Shown one piece after another: positions 28,181-37,936 of a stretch of 64,000 bases of DNA (its first letter is position 1; each line of letters starts with the position of its first letter). A program made the position numbers and the translations under genes. Location of the stretch: assembly GCA_938091905.1 (NCBI GenBank), contig CALKOM010000053.1, positions 31,900 to 95,899 on the forward strand, given 5' to 3'. This DNA comes from an uncultured Verrucomicrobiales bacterium. GTDB lineage: Bacteria > Verrucomicrobiota > Verrucomicrobiia > Verrucomicrobiales > DEV007. Under the pieces are notes generated by a model, which saw only the letters and a program-made list of their open reading frames with translations, was not told where the DNA came from and searched no databases.

Positions 28181-29494
28181 ATGTCTTCGCGCCTGTTCCT
28201 ACTGATTTCTGTGTTGGCATTTGGTTTGTGGTCCGTGGTTGCGACTGCTCAGGAGGTGACTTCTGAAGAAAAGAAGGCCAGTCCAGACCCAAATGGGATC
28301 TACTTCCAGCTCGCGATCTACTATGCGCCCAAGCCAAAGATGGACCCGGTGAAAGAGGCCACTCGCCTCTTCGATCAGGACTTCGCCACAAGGCTGACCT
28401 ACCGCGCGGGAGTGGTACGCCTCACCGAAGGGGCTTACGTGGAGTTTCGTGAAGTGGCGCGTGAAGACTATGCGCCCCCCAAGGTCGAGTATTTGAAGCA
28501 CAAAGGCTTCGGTCTCACTCAGGAGCAGAGTATGCAACTCCAAGACTCGTCGACTGTCCTCGTGCTCGACTTCTTCGTCGTGAAGCCCAAGGACTACAAT
28601 TACGTCGTGGCTGCAAACGAATTGGCCTTCGCTGTCGCGGCCGCGACTGAGGGGTTCATCTGGGATGAGGAAACTCGGGAGCTATTCGCGCCCACGTCAT
28701 GGCGCAATGTCAGGCTACCGGTGGAGAACTTTGTTTTCGCCAATACCAGCATGCACGCATACCAGCTACCCTCGAAGAACTTTCGGACGGTATCATTCGG
28801 CATGCGCAAGCTTGGTTCTCCCGATGTGATGATCACGGAGTTTACCTCGGCTTTCTGGGATCCTGTGTCCGAGATGATGCGATTCCTGGTCTACCAGATC
28901 GCAGCGGCGGGACCGCTCAATTCGAAGAGGTCCTGGACCGGGGACGAACTGAAGGTCATTCTCAAACTTACCGCCCCAGCTGAGGAAATCCCTCGTTTGG
29001 CTCTCATTCCTGCGCCTTCTGAGCCTGGAGACCCGAGAAATACAATTCTGACGGTCGATTTCCTAGAATACCCTGGAAAAACCTATGAGGAGAAACAGGC
29101 CTACGCCATTGAGCGGTATTTTCGACCCGATGGAGGGCTGATCAAGGTCTGGCGGGAGCGCGAAAAGCTCATGGCCCTCAGTGATCAGGCAAGAGAGAGT
29201 CTCAAGACTAAGAAGGACCTTTTGACCAAAGGGCTAGAAGAGAATGAGCAGTTGCTCGTGAAAGCATTTCATGAGGACGCCTACCTATGGCTAAGGTTGA
29301 AGGATTGGCGGGGAAATGCCCTCAGCGGAGAGCAGATACCGGACGTAGACACCCATGGGCAGGTTCCGGATCAGCCTGCCAAGCAGATTACCGTCGCCCT
29401 GGATCAAGTCTTTGACTACCTTCATGTGCACTCGGATGGGCGTGAGGAGGGGAATGAGACCGGTAAGCTTATTCGGAGTCTCCAGCCCAAGTAA
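28181..29494 (+). CDS. Exported hypothetical protein with C-terminal DUF2314/YegJ-like domain
   Basis: Signal peptide; S.GM.KLG.PD; C-terminal LVKA...LW...W.G...DY....DG.EEGNET. Confidence 0.65.
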   Translation: MSSRLFLLISVLAFGLWSVVATAQEVTSEEKKASPDPNGIYFQLAIYYAPKPKMDPVKEATRLFDQDFATRLTYRAGVVRLTEGAYVEFREVAREDYAPPKVEYLKHKGFGLTQEQSMQLQDSSTVLVLDFFVVKPKDYNYVVAANELAFAVAAATEGFIWDEETRELFAPTSWRNVRLPVENFVFANTSMHAYQLPSKNFRTVSFGMRKLGSPDVMITEFTSAFWDPVSEMMRFLVYQIAAAGPLNSKRSWTGDELKVILKLTAPAEEIPRLALIPAPSEPGDPRNTILTVDFLEYPGKTYEEKQAYAIERYFRPDGGLIKVWREREKLMALSDQARESLKTKKDLLTKGLEENEQLLVKAFHEDAYLWLRLKDWRGNALSGEQIPDVDTHGQVPDQPAKQITVALDQVFDYLHVHSDGREEGNETGKLIRSLQPK

Positions 29495-29857
29495 ATTGGG
29501 GTGATGCTGCCGACTATTTATTATGATTTCTGTAAGATTCTCAAATCTGAAAGGTTTAGCTGCCGAAAGAGGTTTCCAAAGTGGTTATTTGGGATCTCCT
29601 AAGAACCTTGACTTCAACGCCTTCCGGAAATGGAGGATTCACGGTTTTCTTCGAAGCACCGCAGATTTAAGGGCCTTAAAGGGCTTGACTGAGTATCGCC
29701 CCTGCTTTACCACGTCGTTGAGGTTGCTCTTCTAAAGGGTGGCTTCATCGGGCCGTAGTGTTCTGGAATCTTCTGGAACGCTCTGGTTCACTTGCAATCA
29801 CAACCCAGAAACAGAAATACCTCAACACACCAACCAACCCTTAAGATTAACCTATCT

Positions 29858-32446
29858 ATGAGTATGACATCGAAAGTTAGTATCCCAGGGAATCGGGAGA
29901 GACGAGGAGGTCTGAGTCGAGGGGGAAGTTCGTTGAGAGGACTTCTCCTGGTAGCTCTTTCCGGTCTCTTTGCGGCAACCGCCGCCCTTGCGACTCCCAC
30001 CCTCACGGCTCCCGCCGGCATCAAGCCAGCTGGAACCCCCAACGCTGATATAGCAACGCTAAACACCCAAAACGTCGAGTTTAAGTGGAACCGCGGTGGT
30101 CTCGGCAATGGGCAGATCAAAGAGTTTAACATCTTCGTAGGTTCCCTGATTGGAGCCTTCGAAATCGTCAGGACTGAGACCCCTATTGCTGCTGTTAACG
30201 ATCAGAATGACTACTCAGTGACGTTACAGGTGCCAGCAAATGGCGGTAAGCGTATCTTTGTGCGCCTCAGCTACACCGAAATTGTCAATGGTGTTGAGGT
30301 TATCAAAGGTGTTGATTATGTAATCAATGCGGCAATCTCTCCGCTCGTCGATGGTAACGAGCATTTTATCTACTCTCCAGTGCCGGGTTCATCTTTGGAT
30401 CTACAGGACGTGGATGGCTGCAAGGCACCACCGATGGTGGAGTTTCAGTGGGCTCTCGCAGCAGCTCGCGTGGCAGCGGATGAAGCCGAGCCTGCTGAGT
30501 TTTGGTTCTATGTCGGTAACGATGGCAACAACAGGGCTTACTTCAACAGCGGCAGGCTTTCATCTGATCAGCGTGCAATCACTGTTGCTAACATTCCCAC
30601 AGATGGTTCTTCCGTCAAAGTCACTCTGTGGTGGCGGCTCGGTGCCGATGGTGCCGCTTGGGAGTCCAGCGAATTTTCTTACAATACTCCAAGGCTCCCT
30701 GCGATCACATCGCCGAATCCCGGTAACAGTCTTTCTGGGACGTCGGGTAACCTTGAGCTGAGTCCCAATGGTCTCCCTGTCCGTTATTTTTGGATCTACG
30801 CTGGTCCAACAAGGCAGAGTGTCGATTATCTGAGTGACGGCTTGGAGGTTGACCCTGCACAGCCACAAGACACTGCTCTCGCACCGTTCCAAAACTTCCC
30901 TGACGACGGGTCCACGGTTTATGTGACGCTCTTCTGGCGTCTTGATGGCGACACTGCTCAACAGTGGAAGTGCCGTGAATACACCTACAAGGCATCAGAG
31001 GGCCCAGAGATTACGTCGCCTGCGACAGACACGGTTCTACCTACAGGTTCTCTCGAGGAACCGCTAGACGATACCACCGATAAGGAATTGGTGGAGTGGG
31101 ATGCAAAGGGGACTGTAGCTGCTGGATATCAAGTCGTCCTCAACAGTTCAGGCGATCCAAATGACAATGGAGTATGGCAAAGCGGAACTCTTCCTGGCGA
31201 CGCCACTTCAGTTGAAATTCCCAAGGCTCGTTTCACAACCAATGGCGAGACGATCTACATCGTTCTCAGGTATGCTGTGAATGGTGGTCTTGCGGAGGAA
31301 GTCTTCAATGGATTTAAGGTTGCCTCTTACGCAACGAGGAAGGCTCCATACATGACTGGTCCAGGTGGTTCCACGATTCCCAAGTGTTTCACCTCTGGTC
31401 TTGGAAATGAGGCAACCTTCGAGTGGACTGACGGTAACTTGGCTGATGTTCAGGGATACTGGGTTTACGTCGGTAACCAGATGGGTGACGACTCGTATGC
31501 AAATTCGGGAGCGATCGGCACTGATGTGACGTCCTTGACAATTAAGAAGGGTCTGCCCACTGATGGGTCTGACGTTTGGGTTCGCCTGTGGTATCTAATC
31601 GAAGTCACCGTAACCACAGACAGTGACGCAGATACAAATGTCGATCCTGACAGTGAGACGGGTGGCAGTACGACCGTCACCAGCAGCAACAGATACGCTT
31701 CCCGTGACTTCCTCTTCCAAAATCCGGTTGGACCAGAGATCACCGCTCCTGGCCATGGAGCCACAATTAGCGGCACTGAGAGTGGCATTACCTTTACGAC
31801 AAATGGCGTCGCTGTGCGGAATCTCTGGGTAACAGCTTCTTCTGCCGCTCCTGCCGGCGGTGATGCCAAAAATCCTGATCCAGGCGTAGCTGACCTCGAT
31901 AGCAGTGGTCTTCTTGCCCCAGATGCGACTGAGTTCAACATTCGTAACCTTCCTGTGGACGGTAGCACCGTCTACATCACCTTCTGGTATCTTCCTGAGA
32001 CGAACCCGAATGTGTCTATGGGATGGAATTTCCGCACCTACGCATTCGTGTCATCCAACGCGACCCCACCGCAGATGTTGACTCCCGATCCAACAGCGGA
32101 GTTTGATAACGGGGGTCCACTCACCTTCACTTGGAGAGCAAACGACACGGTCGTTACTGGTTGGTGGCTCTATGTCGGTAATGAGGGAGACGGTTCCTCG
32201 AACTTGGGTAACTCTGGGTTCCTCCTTGCTGATGATCTCGATCAAGATGTTGGTGAATTGACATTCGGTGAAATCAACTGTCGCCTCTGGTATGTCGATC
32301 AGCTTGGCAATTGGAACTTCATCGCATACACCTTGGACAACAAAGCCAATCCTCCTAATCCTGGTCCTGATCCTGGTCCTGATCCTGGTCCTGATGGTCC
32401 TAGTGGAGAGGAGGATGGAAATGGCGACAACAATGGACTTGGCTAA
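29858..32446 (+). CDS. Secreted protein with seven ~100-125 aa beta-rich (Ig/Fn3-like) repeats and a Pro/Asp/Gly tail
   Basis: Signal ...GLFAATAALA; recurring P.ITSP..G, W.YVG, NSG.L, (N/G)LP.DGS.V.V.LW. Start uncertain (TTG 29792, ATG 29858 or 29864). Confidence 0.85.
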   Translation: MSMTSKVSIPGNRERRGGLSRGGSSLRGLLLVALSGLFAATAALATPTLTAPAGIKPAGTPNADIATLNTQNVEFKWNRGGLGNGQIKEFNIFVGSLIGAFEIVRTETPIAAVNDQNDYSVTLQVPANGGKRIFVRLSYTEIVNGVEVIKGVDYVINAAISPLVDGNEHFIYSPVPGSSLDLQDVDGCKAPPMVEFQWALAAARVAADEAEPAEFWFYVGNDGNNRAYFNSGRLSSDQRAITVANIPTDGSSVKVTLWWRLGADGAAWESSEFSYNTPRLPAITSPNPGNSLSGTSGNLELSPNGLPVRYFWIYAGPTRQSVDYLSDGLEVDPAQPQDTALAPFQNFPDDGSTVYVTLFWRLDGDTAQQWKCREYTYKASEGPEITSPATDTVLPTGSLEEPLDDTTDKELVEWDAKGTVAAGYQVVLNSSGDPNDNGVWQSGTLPGDATSVEIPKARFTTNGETIYIVLRYAVNGGLAEEVFNGFKVASYATRKAPYMTGPGGSTIPKCFTSGLGNEATFEWTDGNLADVQGYWVYVGNQMGDDSYANSGAIGTDVTSLTIKKGLPTDGSDVWVRLWYLIEVTVTTDSDADTNVDPDSETGGSTTVTSSNRYASRDFLFQNPVGPEITAPGHGATISGTESGITFTTNGVAVRNLWVTASSAAPAGGDAKNPDPGVADLDSSGLLAPDATEFNIRNLPVDGSTVYITFWYLPETNPNVSMGWNFRTYAFVSSNATPPQMLTPDPTAEFDNGGPLTFTWRANDTVVTGWWLYVGNEGDGSSNLGNSGFLLADDLDQDVGELTFGEINCRLWYVDQLGNWNFIAYTLDNKANPPNPGPDPGPDPGPDGPSGEEDGNGDNNGLG

Positions 32447-32483
32447 AGCCTTGTTGTTGATCTAAATCAGCTTAATGATTCGG

Positions 32484-32521
32484 AGCGGCCAGCAGTGAAA
32501 ACTGCTGGCCGCTTTCGTTTG
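32484..32521 (+). terminator. Intrinsic terminator
   Basis: 13-bp perfect stem AGCGGCCAGCAGT / GAAA / ACTGCTGGCCGCT followed by TTCGTTTG. Confidence 0.85.
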
Positions 32522-32531
32522 TACTCGACGA

Positions 32532-32555
32532 AGAAACAGAAACAGAAACAGAAAC
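32532..32555 (+). repeat. Microsatellite (AGAAAC)x4
   Basis: Directly visible just after the terminator. Confidence 0.85.
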
Positions 32556-33371
32556 AGCGCCATCCAGATTGACGCGATAGACCTGCTAAGAATGACGCGA
32601 GATGGCGCGTCTTGTTCTTCCGAAATCCTAAGATAATAATGAAAGTTCGGAAGAAACGGTCAATGCTTGTCAACGACAAGCGTCTAGTGGTGCCTATTGA
32701 GTGGCCAAGCGACTTTCTCTGAGGCCAAATTGCAGAACTTGTCTGTCAACATCCCTAAAGTCTCTTTCTGTAGCAAAATCTCACCCCAGCCTGTGTGCTG
32801 TGTTTGTACATCCGGCGACGTCAGAGCCCGTATCTTTTCATCGGATTGGTGACCGGATAGAAAGGTGACGATCTTATTAGCTCAGAGCGGTGGCAGCTAA
32901 ACGGCTTCAATCTATGCCTGCCCGCATCGTAGTGGATAAGGTTGTCAGGGAGAAGCGGCGGCCAGTAGGCAGCTTGGCCAGCTAGTCTTCGCTTTGTGTG
33001 TTATCACAAGCTGCGTCGAGTCCCTAAAGCGTGTGTAGGCCCTTGAGTTCTCTTACCCAACCTTGGAGCGCCACCTTCACGAGCACGACCGCCACCTGCG
33101 CGTGCCCAGGCCGGTAGCTGAACCCAAAGATCGAGACACCAGGAAAGGGTAGTATAAACCTTTGCCCGACGTGTGCACCTCCGAAAGTGGAGCTTTGGTT
33201 TGGTGGCGAATACGCAACCGAAGCTGACACTCGGACACTAGACCAAGACGGCGTTGGGCTGAACCAGGCTCCAAACCAGAGACCCCTTACAGTAGCAGTC
33301 ACGTTAGACGAAGCGTCATTGGTGCCGAAAGGCCTTCTGATGTCTCCTTAAGCTCGCTCATAGTCACCTAC

Positions 33372-33702
33372 TTCCAAGCCTTCATTAACATCCTTGCTGA
33401 AGAACAACCTCTGAAGGAAAATATTTGTCAGTTCCTAATCCTGGACACCGCCAGATGGCATAAGTCTAAATGTCTCAACTGGCACCACTTCGAGCCAGAA
33501 TTTTTGCCGCCCTACAGCCCTGATCTCAATCCGATCGAGACATTCTGGTTAAGCGTAAAGACGGATTTCTTTGCAGACTTCTTGTGCTGAGCAGGCAATG
33601 ACCTTGAAAAGCGCATGAACCGCGCGCTATCGCATATCGTCCCAATCCAAACATCGTCGCTTCTCAATGCCGTCTTTCGGAAAACTTCTGAAAACCGTGA
33701 TA
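33372..33702 (+). mobile_element. IS630-family transposase remnant (3' part, pseudogene)
   Basis: Reads FQAFINILAEE...FLILDTARWHKSK...EFLPPYSPDLNPIETFW..VK then a stop; LPPYSPDLNPIE is the IS630/Tc1 signature; no start. Confidence 0.88.
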
Positions 33703-33834
33703 GATGGAAAACGTTCCTTCATGGAACGGGAAAGATCAGGTAGTTGTCATGCCATGAGTGAATCCGACAGATGTTCCACAAAGATTCATCGACGACCTTG
33801 CCAGTTGTCGGCGGATTTGTTCCTTGGTGCTTCG

Positions 33835-36800
33835 TTACCGAATGGGGGCGTGCAGCAATCTTAGTTCATTGGAGCTAGAGTTAGAGAACCAGTTTCGAGA
33901 GCCTGCGGCTAGCCATTGCCCATCTTGTGAAAAAACAAGCTCGGTAAAACTCAAGCCGAGGCTATGAACCGAAAGCAATTCCTGTTGTGTCGTGACGTTC
34001 CAGAATTTGAGCGAACTGTCTTCACTAGCACTCGCAAGTGTCTTGCCGTCTGGAGAGAAGGCGACCGATCTGATCCACTGTTTATGCCCTCGGCAACGGC
34101 CTAGCAATGTGCTGCTTTCAACATCCCAAAGGCGAATAGCGTGATCGGCGTCGCTCATGCTGGTGGAGATGGCGAATATCTTACCTGCGGATGATAGGGC
34201 TGCTATCGACCCGCGTCCAGCGCCGGTGCCCAGCTTCAGCGTAGACCTGATGGTGCCCGATTCCGGATCCCATAGGTGATACTCGCCACGGGTGCGGAGA
34301 AGTGACGTCGCGAGAGTCGAGCCGTCGCTAGAGAACAAAGGATCCTCTCCGGTGATCGTCCGCACGATCGTATCCGTTTGTAGGTCCCACCACTCGAGGT
34401 CAGGGGCACCACGCCTCTCGACGATCAAATACTGGCCTGTTGGCGACAGGGTTAGATTGGAGATCGACCGGTCATTGCCTGGAAGAGTTCTTGATCTATC
34501 TGTCGCTAGGTCGCGTATCTCGATTTCGCCCCGCGACTTTCCGATCGCTAGGATCATCAGATCGGTGCTTAGTGCCACTGGAAGTTGCCGTTGTTCTTCG
34601 GCAACTCCCAAGTCCAGTATTTGGCTTGAATGAAGCGAGATCGTATCAAAGAATTTAAGCTTATTGTTGTGATCAATCGCTGCTAGTTTCGTCCCCTGAC
34701 TATCAAAGGCAATAGGTTGCCATTGGCCATTAATTCTATCGTTCCGCGCCTTGGCTGCTTTTAGAGGCCATAAGAGGAGTTCTCCATCCTTTCCTCCACT
34801 GGCCACGGTTTCCCCACTAGGATCCACCGCCGTTGCCCAGACCTCATTGCGATGCCCGCGAAGGGAACCAATGTTCTTGAGAGTAATGGCATCCCATAAT
34901 TGAATGGAATGGTCCCAACTACCTGTCACGAGAGTCTTACCGTCTGGTGTCCAGCTTGCGGATGTGATAGTGCTCTTGTGATAAATTCGGCTGGAGTCTT
35001 CTGGGATGATTCCCACTTCTCTTCCAGAAGAAGCCTCCCACACATTGAGCACGTGTGCACCCGGCCTACCGTTGTCGTTTCTTGGTGCCACAATCGTGGT
35101 TCCGTCTGGCGAGTAGGTTAGCCACGAGGACATTCGGTTGTGCTCATATTCATAGCCTATTTCTAAAGGGTATCGCATCGCGGCGTTAGTCGCATCGAAG
35201 ATATGTATTCCCTGGCGTGAGGAGATGGCGAGTTGGTCTCCGTTTGGGGATAGTGAGAGTTTGCCTCTTAGGTCAGAAATGGACGCCACTTCCTCCCAGT
35301 TCGCTGTGTTCAAGATCTGGACGCGCTCGGCAGACTCACCTCGGCGCCTCCAAGATGGCTCGGCACAAATGGCTAGCCTTTGTCCGTTCGGGCTTACTGC
35401 CATCGATGATGCCGGTGATGGAAGGGAAAGCTGTTCCGTCCAGGTTGTGGTGTGCCAGACCTTGGCGCCTTCGTCATCCCCGGTCACCAAAGAGGTGTCA
35501 TTGGCTACGAACGCTAGTGAATGCCCACTTGCAGGAAGGGTGGTGACGAGAGAAAGGGTGCGCACATCCCAAACTTTAGTTTCGTCATCCATGCCTACAG
35601 CTAACAAGATGCCGTCGTCGGAAAATGCGAGGCTTTCGATTGCTGCGCCTTGCATGGGGTAGGCCAGGTGATTGTCACCTTGACTCCTGTGCGCAAGGTA
35701 ACGCCACTCAAAGCCGCGCAAGTCTTCTGTTTCTGGTTCAGGCTCGTGTTTCTCGATGAGTTGCCATGCGCGGCCAAAGTTGCCATCTTGTAAGGAGTGG
35801 TTTGCCACATTCATATCAGCGACATACTCATTGAGGCGCGCGCGAGAGGTGCTCTCGATTGCTTGAGCGAGACTGGCTTCCGCCGCAACGCGGAGCTCGG
35901 TAGATTCTTGCTCTGCATTGGTGGCGCGAATCGCCAAGTAAGTACTAGCCCCGATTCCCAACACGAGCGCCGTAATCACGGCGCTAGCTGCTGCAAAAAC
36001 CAGTCGATTTCTGCGCCAGGCCTTTTGTAAACGATAGACGGTGCTCGGAGGTCGAGCAGAGACCATACTTCCGTCCATGTAGCACTGCACGTCGAGTGCC
36101 AAGGCGTTGGCAGTCGCGTAGCGCCGCTGGCGATTCTTGTCGAGGCACTTCATCACGATCCAATCGAGATCTCCTCGCAAGCGATTTATTAACGATAAGC
36201 CATCTGTCACACGCCTGCCTGCGATTGTCTCCCGATCAGCGTTCACGAGGGTAGAGAGACGTTGTGAAGGTTTTGCCGGTTCTTCTTCGCGGATGGTGCG
36301 GCGACATTCATCCAATCCTGCGTCTCGCAGAGTTTTCGGGTCGAAAGGCGTGCTGCCTACGAGCAGTTCGTAGAGGAGTACCCCAAGCGAGTAAATGTCG
36401 CTACGCGTATCGATATCCAGCCCTGTCATTTCCGCCTGTTCCGGACTCATGTAAGCGGGAGTGCCGATGAACGATTGGAACTCAGTAAATAGAGTCTTGT
36501 CGGTCAGTCGCTGGTCGACCGCTTTCGCGATGCCAAAATCGATGATTTTCGGCACGGGCACGCCATCATGCAATGTCACCAGGATGTTAGACGGCTTGAT
36601 GTCCCTGTGAATAATGCCTTTCTGGTGGGCATGTTGGATGGCCTGGCTGACTTGCACGAAGAGTCGCAAACGCTCTTCCGTGGACAGTTTGTGCTGATCG
36701 CTGTAGTCCGTGATACGGACTCCGCGGACTAACTCCATGACAAAGTAGGGGCGTCCATTCTCAGTAGCTCCAGCATCGAGGACTTTCGCGATGTTGGGAT

Positions 36801-37215
36801 GGTCCATCATGGCGAGTGCCTGGCGCTCTGATTCGAAGCGAGCGATCACGCTCTTCGTATCCATGCCAAGCTTGATGACTTTAAGGGCTACTCGTCGTTT
36901 CACGGGCCTTTCCTGCTCGGCCATGTAGACCACGCCGCAGCCTCCTTCACCGATTTCCTGAAGGAGTTTGTAAGGGCCGATGTGCTCGCTGCGCTTTCCC
37001 TCGCGCCAGGTTTGGAGTTCGACCGCAGGTGGCTGTTCCAAGAAAGAACCTAGTTGATCTGATTCTTCTAACATCTTATCGACGGAACTACGCAAGGTCG
37101 CGTCTCCTTGGCATTCGCGCTCAATGTAGGTGATGCGATCGCTTGATGTCGCTATTTCCAAGGCGCCGAGAAAGATCTGGCGTTGGCGTGGCGGGGGCGG
37201 CGTGGGTGTAGGCAT
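33835..37215 (-). CDS. Ser/Thr protein kinase with C-terminal WD40 propellers
   Basis: IGEGGCG, VALK, HRDIKPSN, IDFGIAK, GTPAYMSPEQ; one hydrophobic segment; many WD40 repeats. Confidence 0.95.
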   Translation of the reverse strand: MPTPTPPPPRQRQIFLGALEIATSSDRITYIERECQGDATLRSSVDKMLEESDQLGSFLEQPPAVELQTWREGKRSEHIGPYKLLQEIGEGGCGVVYMAEQERPVKRRVALKVIKLGMDTKSVIARFESERQALAMMDHPNIAKVLDAGATENGRPYFVMELVRGVRITDYSDQHKLSTEERLRLFVQVSQAIQHAHQKGIIHRDIKPSNILVTLHDGVPVPKIIDFGIAKAVDQRLTDKTLFTEFQSFIGTPAYMSPEQAEMTGLDIDTRSDIYSLGVLLYELLVGSTPFDPKTLRDAGLDECRRTIREEEPAKPSQRLSTLVNADRETIAGRRVTDGLSLINRLRGDLDWIVMKCLDKNRQRRYATANALALDVQCYMDGSMVSARPPSTVYRLQKAWRRNRLVFAAASAVITALVLGIGASTYLAIRATNAEQESTELRVAAEASLAQAIESTSRARLNEYVADMNVANHSLQDGNFGRAWQLIEKHEPEPETEDLRGFEWRYLAHRSQGDNHLAYPMQGAAIESLAFSDDGILLAVGMDDETKVWDVRTLSLVTTLPASGHSLAFVANDTSLVTGDDEGAKVWHTTTWTEQLSLPSPASSMAVSPNGQRLAICAEPSWRRRGESAERVQILNTANWEEVASISDLRGKLSLSPNGDQLAISSRQGIHIFDATNAAMRYPLEIGYEYEHNRMSSWLTYSPDGTTIVAPRNDNGRPGAHVLNVWEASSGREVGIIPEDSSRIYHKSTITSASWTPDGKTLVTGSWDHSIQLWDAITLKNIGSLRGHRNEVWATAVDPSGETVASGGKDGELLLWPLKAAKARNDRINGQWQPIAFDSQGTKLAAIDHNNKLKFFDTISLHSSQILDLGVAEEQRQLPVALSTDLMILAIGKSRGEIEIRDLATDRSRTLPGNDRSISNLTLSPTGQYLIVERRGAPDLEWWDLQTDTIVRTITGEDPLFSSDGSTLATSLLRTRGEYHLWDPESGTIRSTLKLGTGAGRGSIAALSSAGKIFAISTSMSDADHAIRLWDVESSTLLGRCRGHKQWIRSVAFSPDGKTLASASEDSSLKFWNVTTQQELLSVHSLGLSFTELVFSQDGQWLAAGSRNWFSNSSSNELRLLHAPIR

Positions 37216-37278
37216 CGTTGATATTGAGAATACTACCTTACTATGCGCAGAAGCGACCTTTACTCCGCAAAGTATGGG

Positions 37279-37833
37279 CTAGAGCTTGGTCATCGTCTCT
37301 TTAAGTCGCAAGCGAGCGTAAGTCCAAAGGGCTTCGGCGCTCCGCTTCTTCATAGCAAGTGCGGCGGCAGCCTCGTCCATTGTCATCCCAACAAAGTAGC
37401 GTAATTTCACTAACTCAGCCGCTCGCTCGTCCTCTCGCTCTAGTTGATCCAAGGCTTCGTGTACCTCTAACAATTCTTCTGAAGGCGTTTCCAGGGTGAT
37501 CACCACTTCATCGAGAGACTCGTGAATCGCACCTCCTCCACGCTTCGCTGACTTCTTCTTACGTGCATGGTCAACGAGAATCCGTCGCATGGCCTCCGCG
37601 GCGGCTCCAAAGAAGTGAGCACGATTCTCCCATTGTGACGCATTGTCCGGGCCGGCTAAGCGCACCCATGCCTCATGGACGAGCGCGGTGGCTTGCAAGG
37701 TGTGACCATTGGCTTCGCCGGACATTTTGTGATTCGCGATTTGCCGCAGTTCTTCATACACGACGGGCAGCAGTTCACGCGGGTCGGTGGAACCATGGTC
37801 GATCGACTGGAGAATCTGAGTGAAATCGTTCAC
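37279..37833 (-). CDS. ECF sigma factor, TIGR02999/ECF43-like (kinase-associated)
   Basis: VYEELRQIA, HTLQATALVHEAW, NRAHFFGAAAEAMRRILVDHAR...KRGG, VKLRYFVG; directly upstream of the STK. Confidence 0.92.
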   Translation of the reverse strand: MNDFTQILQSIDHGSTDPRELLPVVYEELRQIANHKMSGEANGHTLQATALVHEAWVRLAGPDNASQWENRAHFFGAAAEAMRRILVDHARKKKSAKRGGGAIHESLDEVVITLETPSEELLEVHEALDQLEREDERAAELVKLRYFVGMTMDEAAAALAMKKRSAEALWTYARLRLKETMTKL

Positions 37834-37871
37834 GAGATGAATGTAACCCCAATAATGAAGTTCTAGCTAAA

Positions 37872-37908
37872 TAGAAGAAAGCCCTTACCGCCTGAGGCGA
37901 TAAGGGCT
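37872..37908 (-). terminator. Probable intrinsic terminator after the Tat oxidoreductase
   Basis: Hairpin AGCCCTTAcCGCC/TGA/GGCGaTAAGGGCT, followed by TTCTTCTA on the minus strand. Confidence 0.65.
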
Positions 37909-37936
37909 GACTTCAAAGCTAGTTTCTAAGTGGAGC

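Noticed and set aside
32532..32555. (AGAAAC)x4 as a contingency locus
   Set aside because: Intergenic, downstream of a terminator, only four units, and no adjacent gene it would plausibly control.
32700..33360. Short ORFs 33024..33302 and 33077..33274 and nearby sequence
   Set aside because: No recognisable motif; probably decayed DNA beside the IS630 remnant, but I cannot assign it.
33752..33835. Fragment PTDVPQRFIDDLASCRRI, faintly like an ECF sigma N-terminus
   Set aside because: Too short, and it runs into the convergent kinase stop; unsupported.
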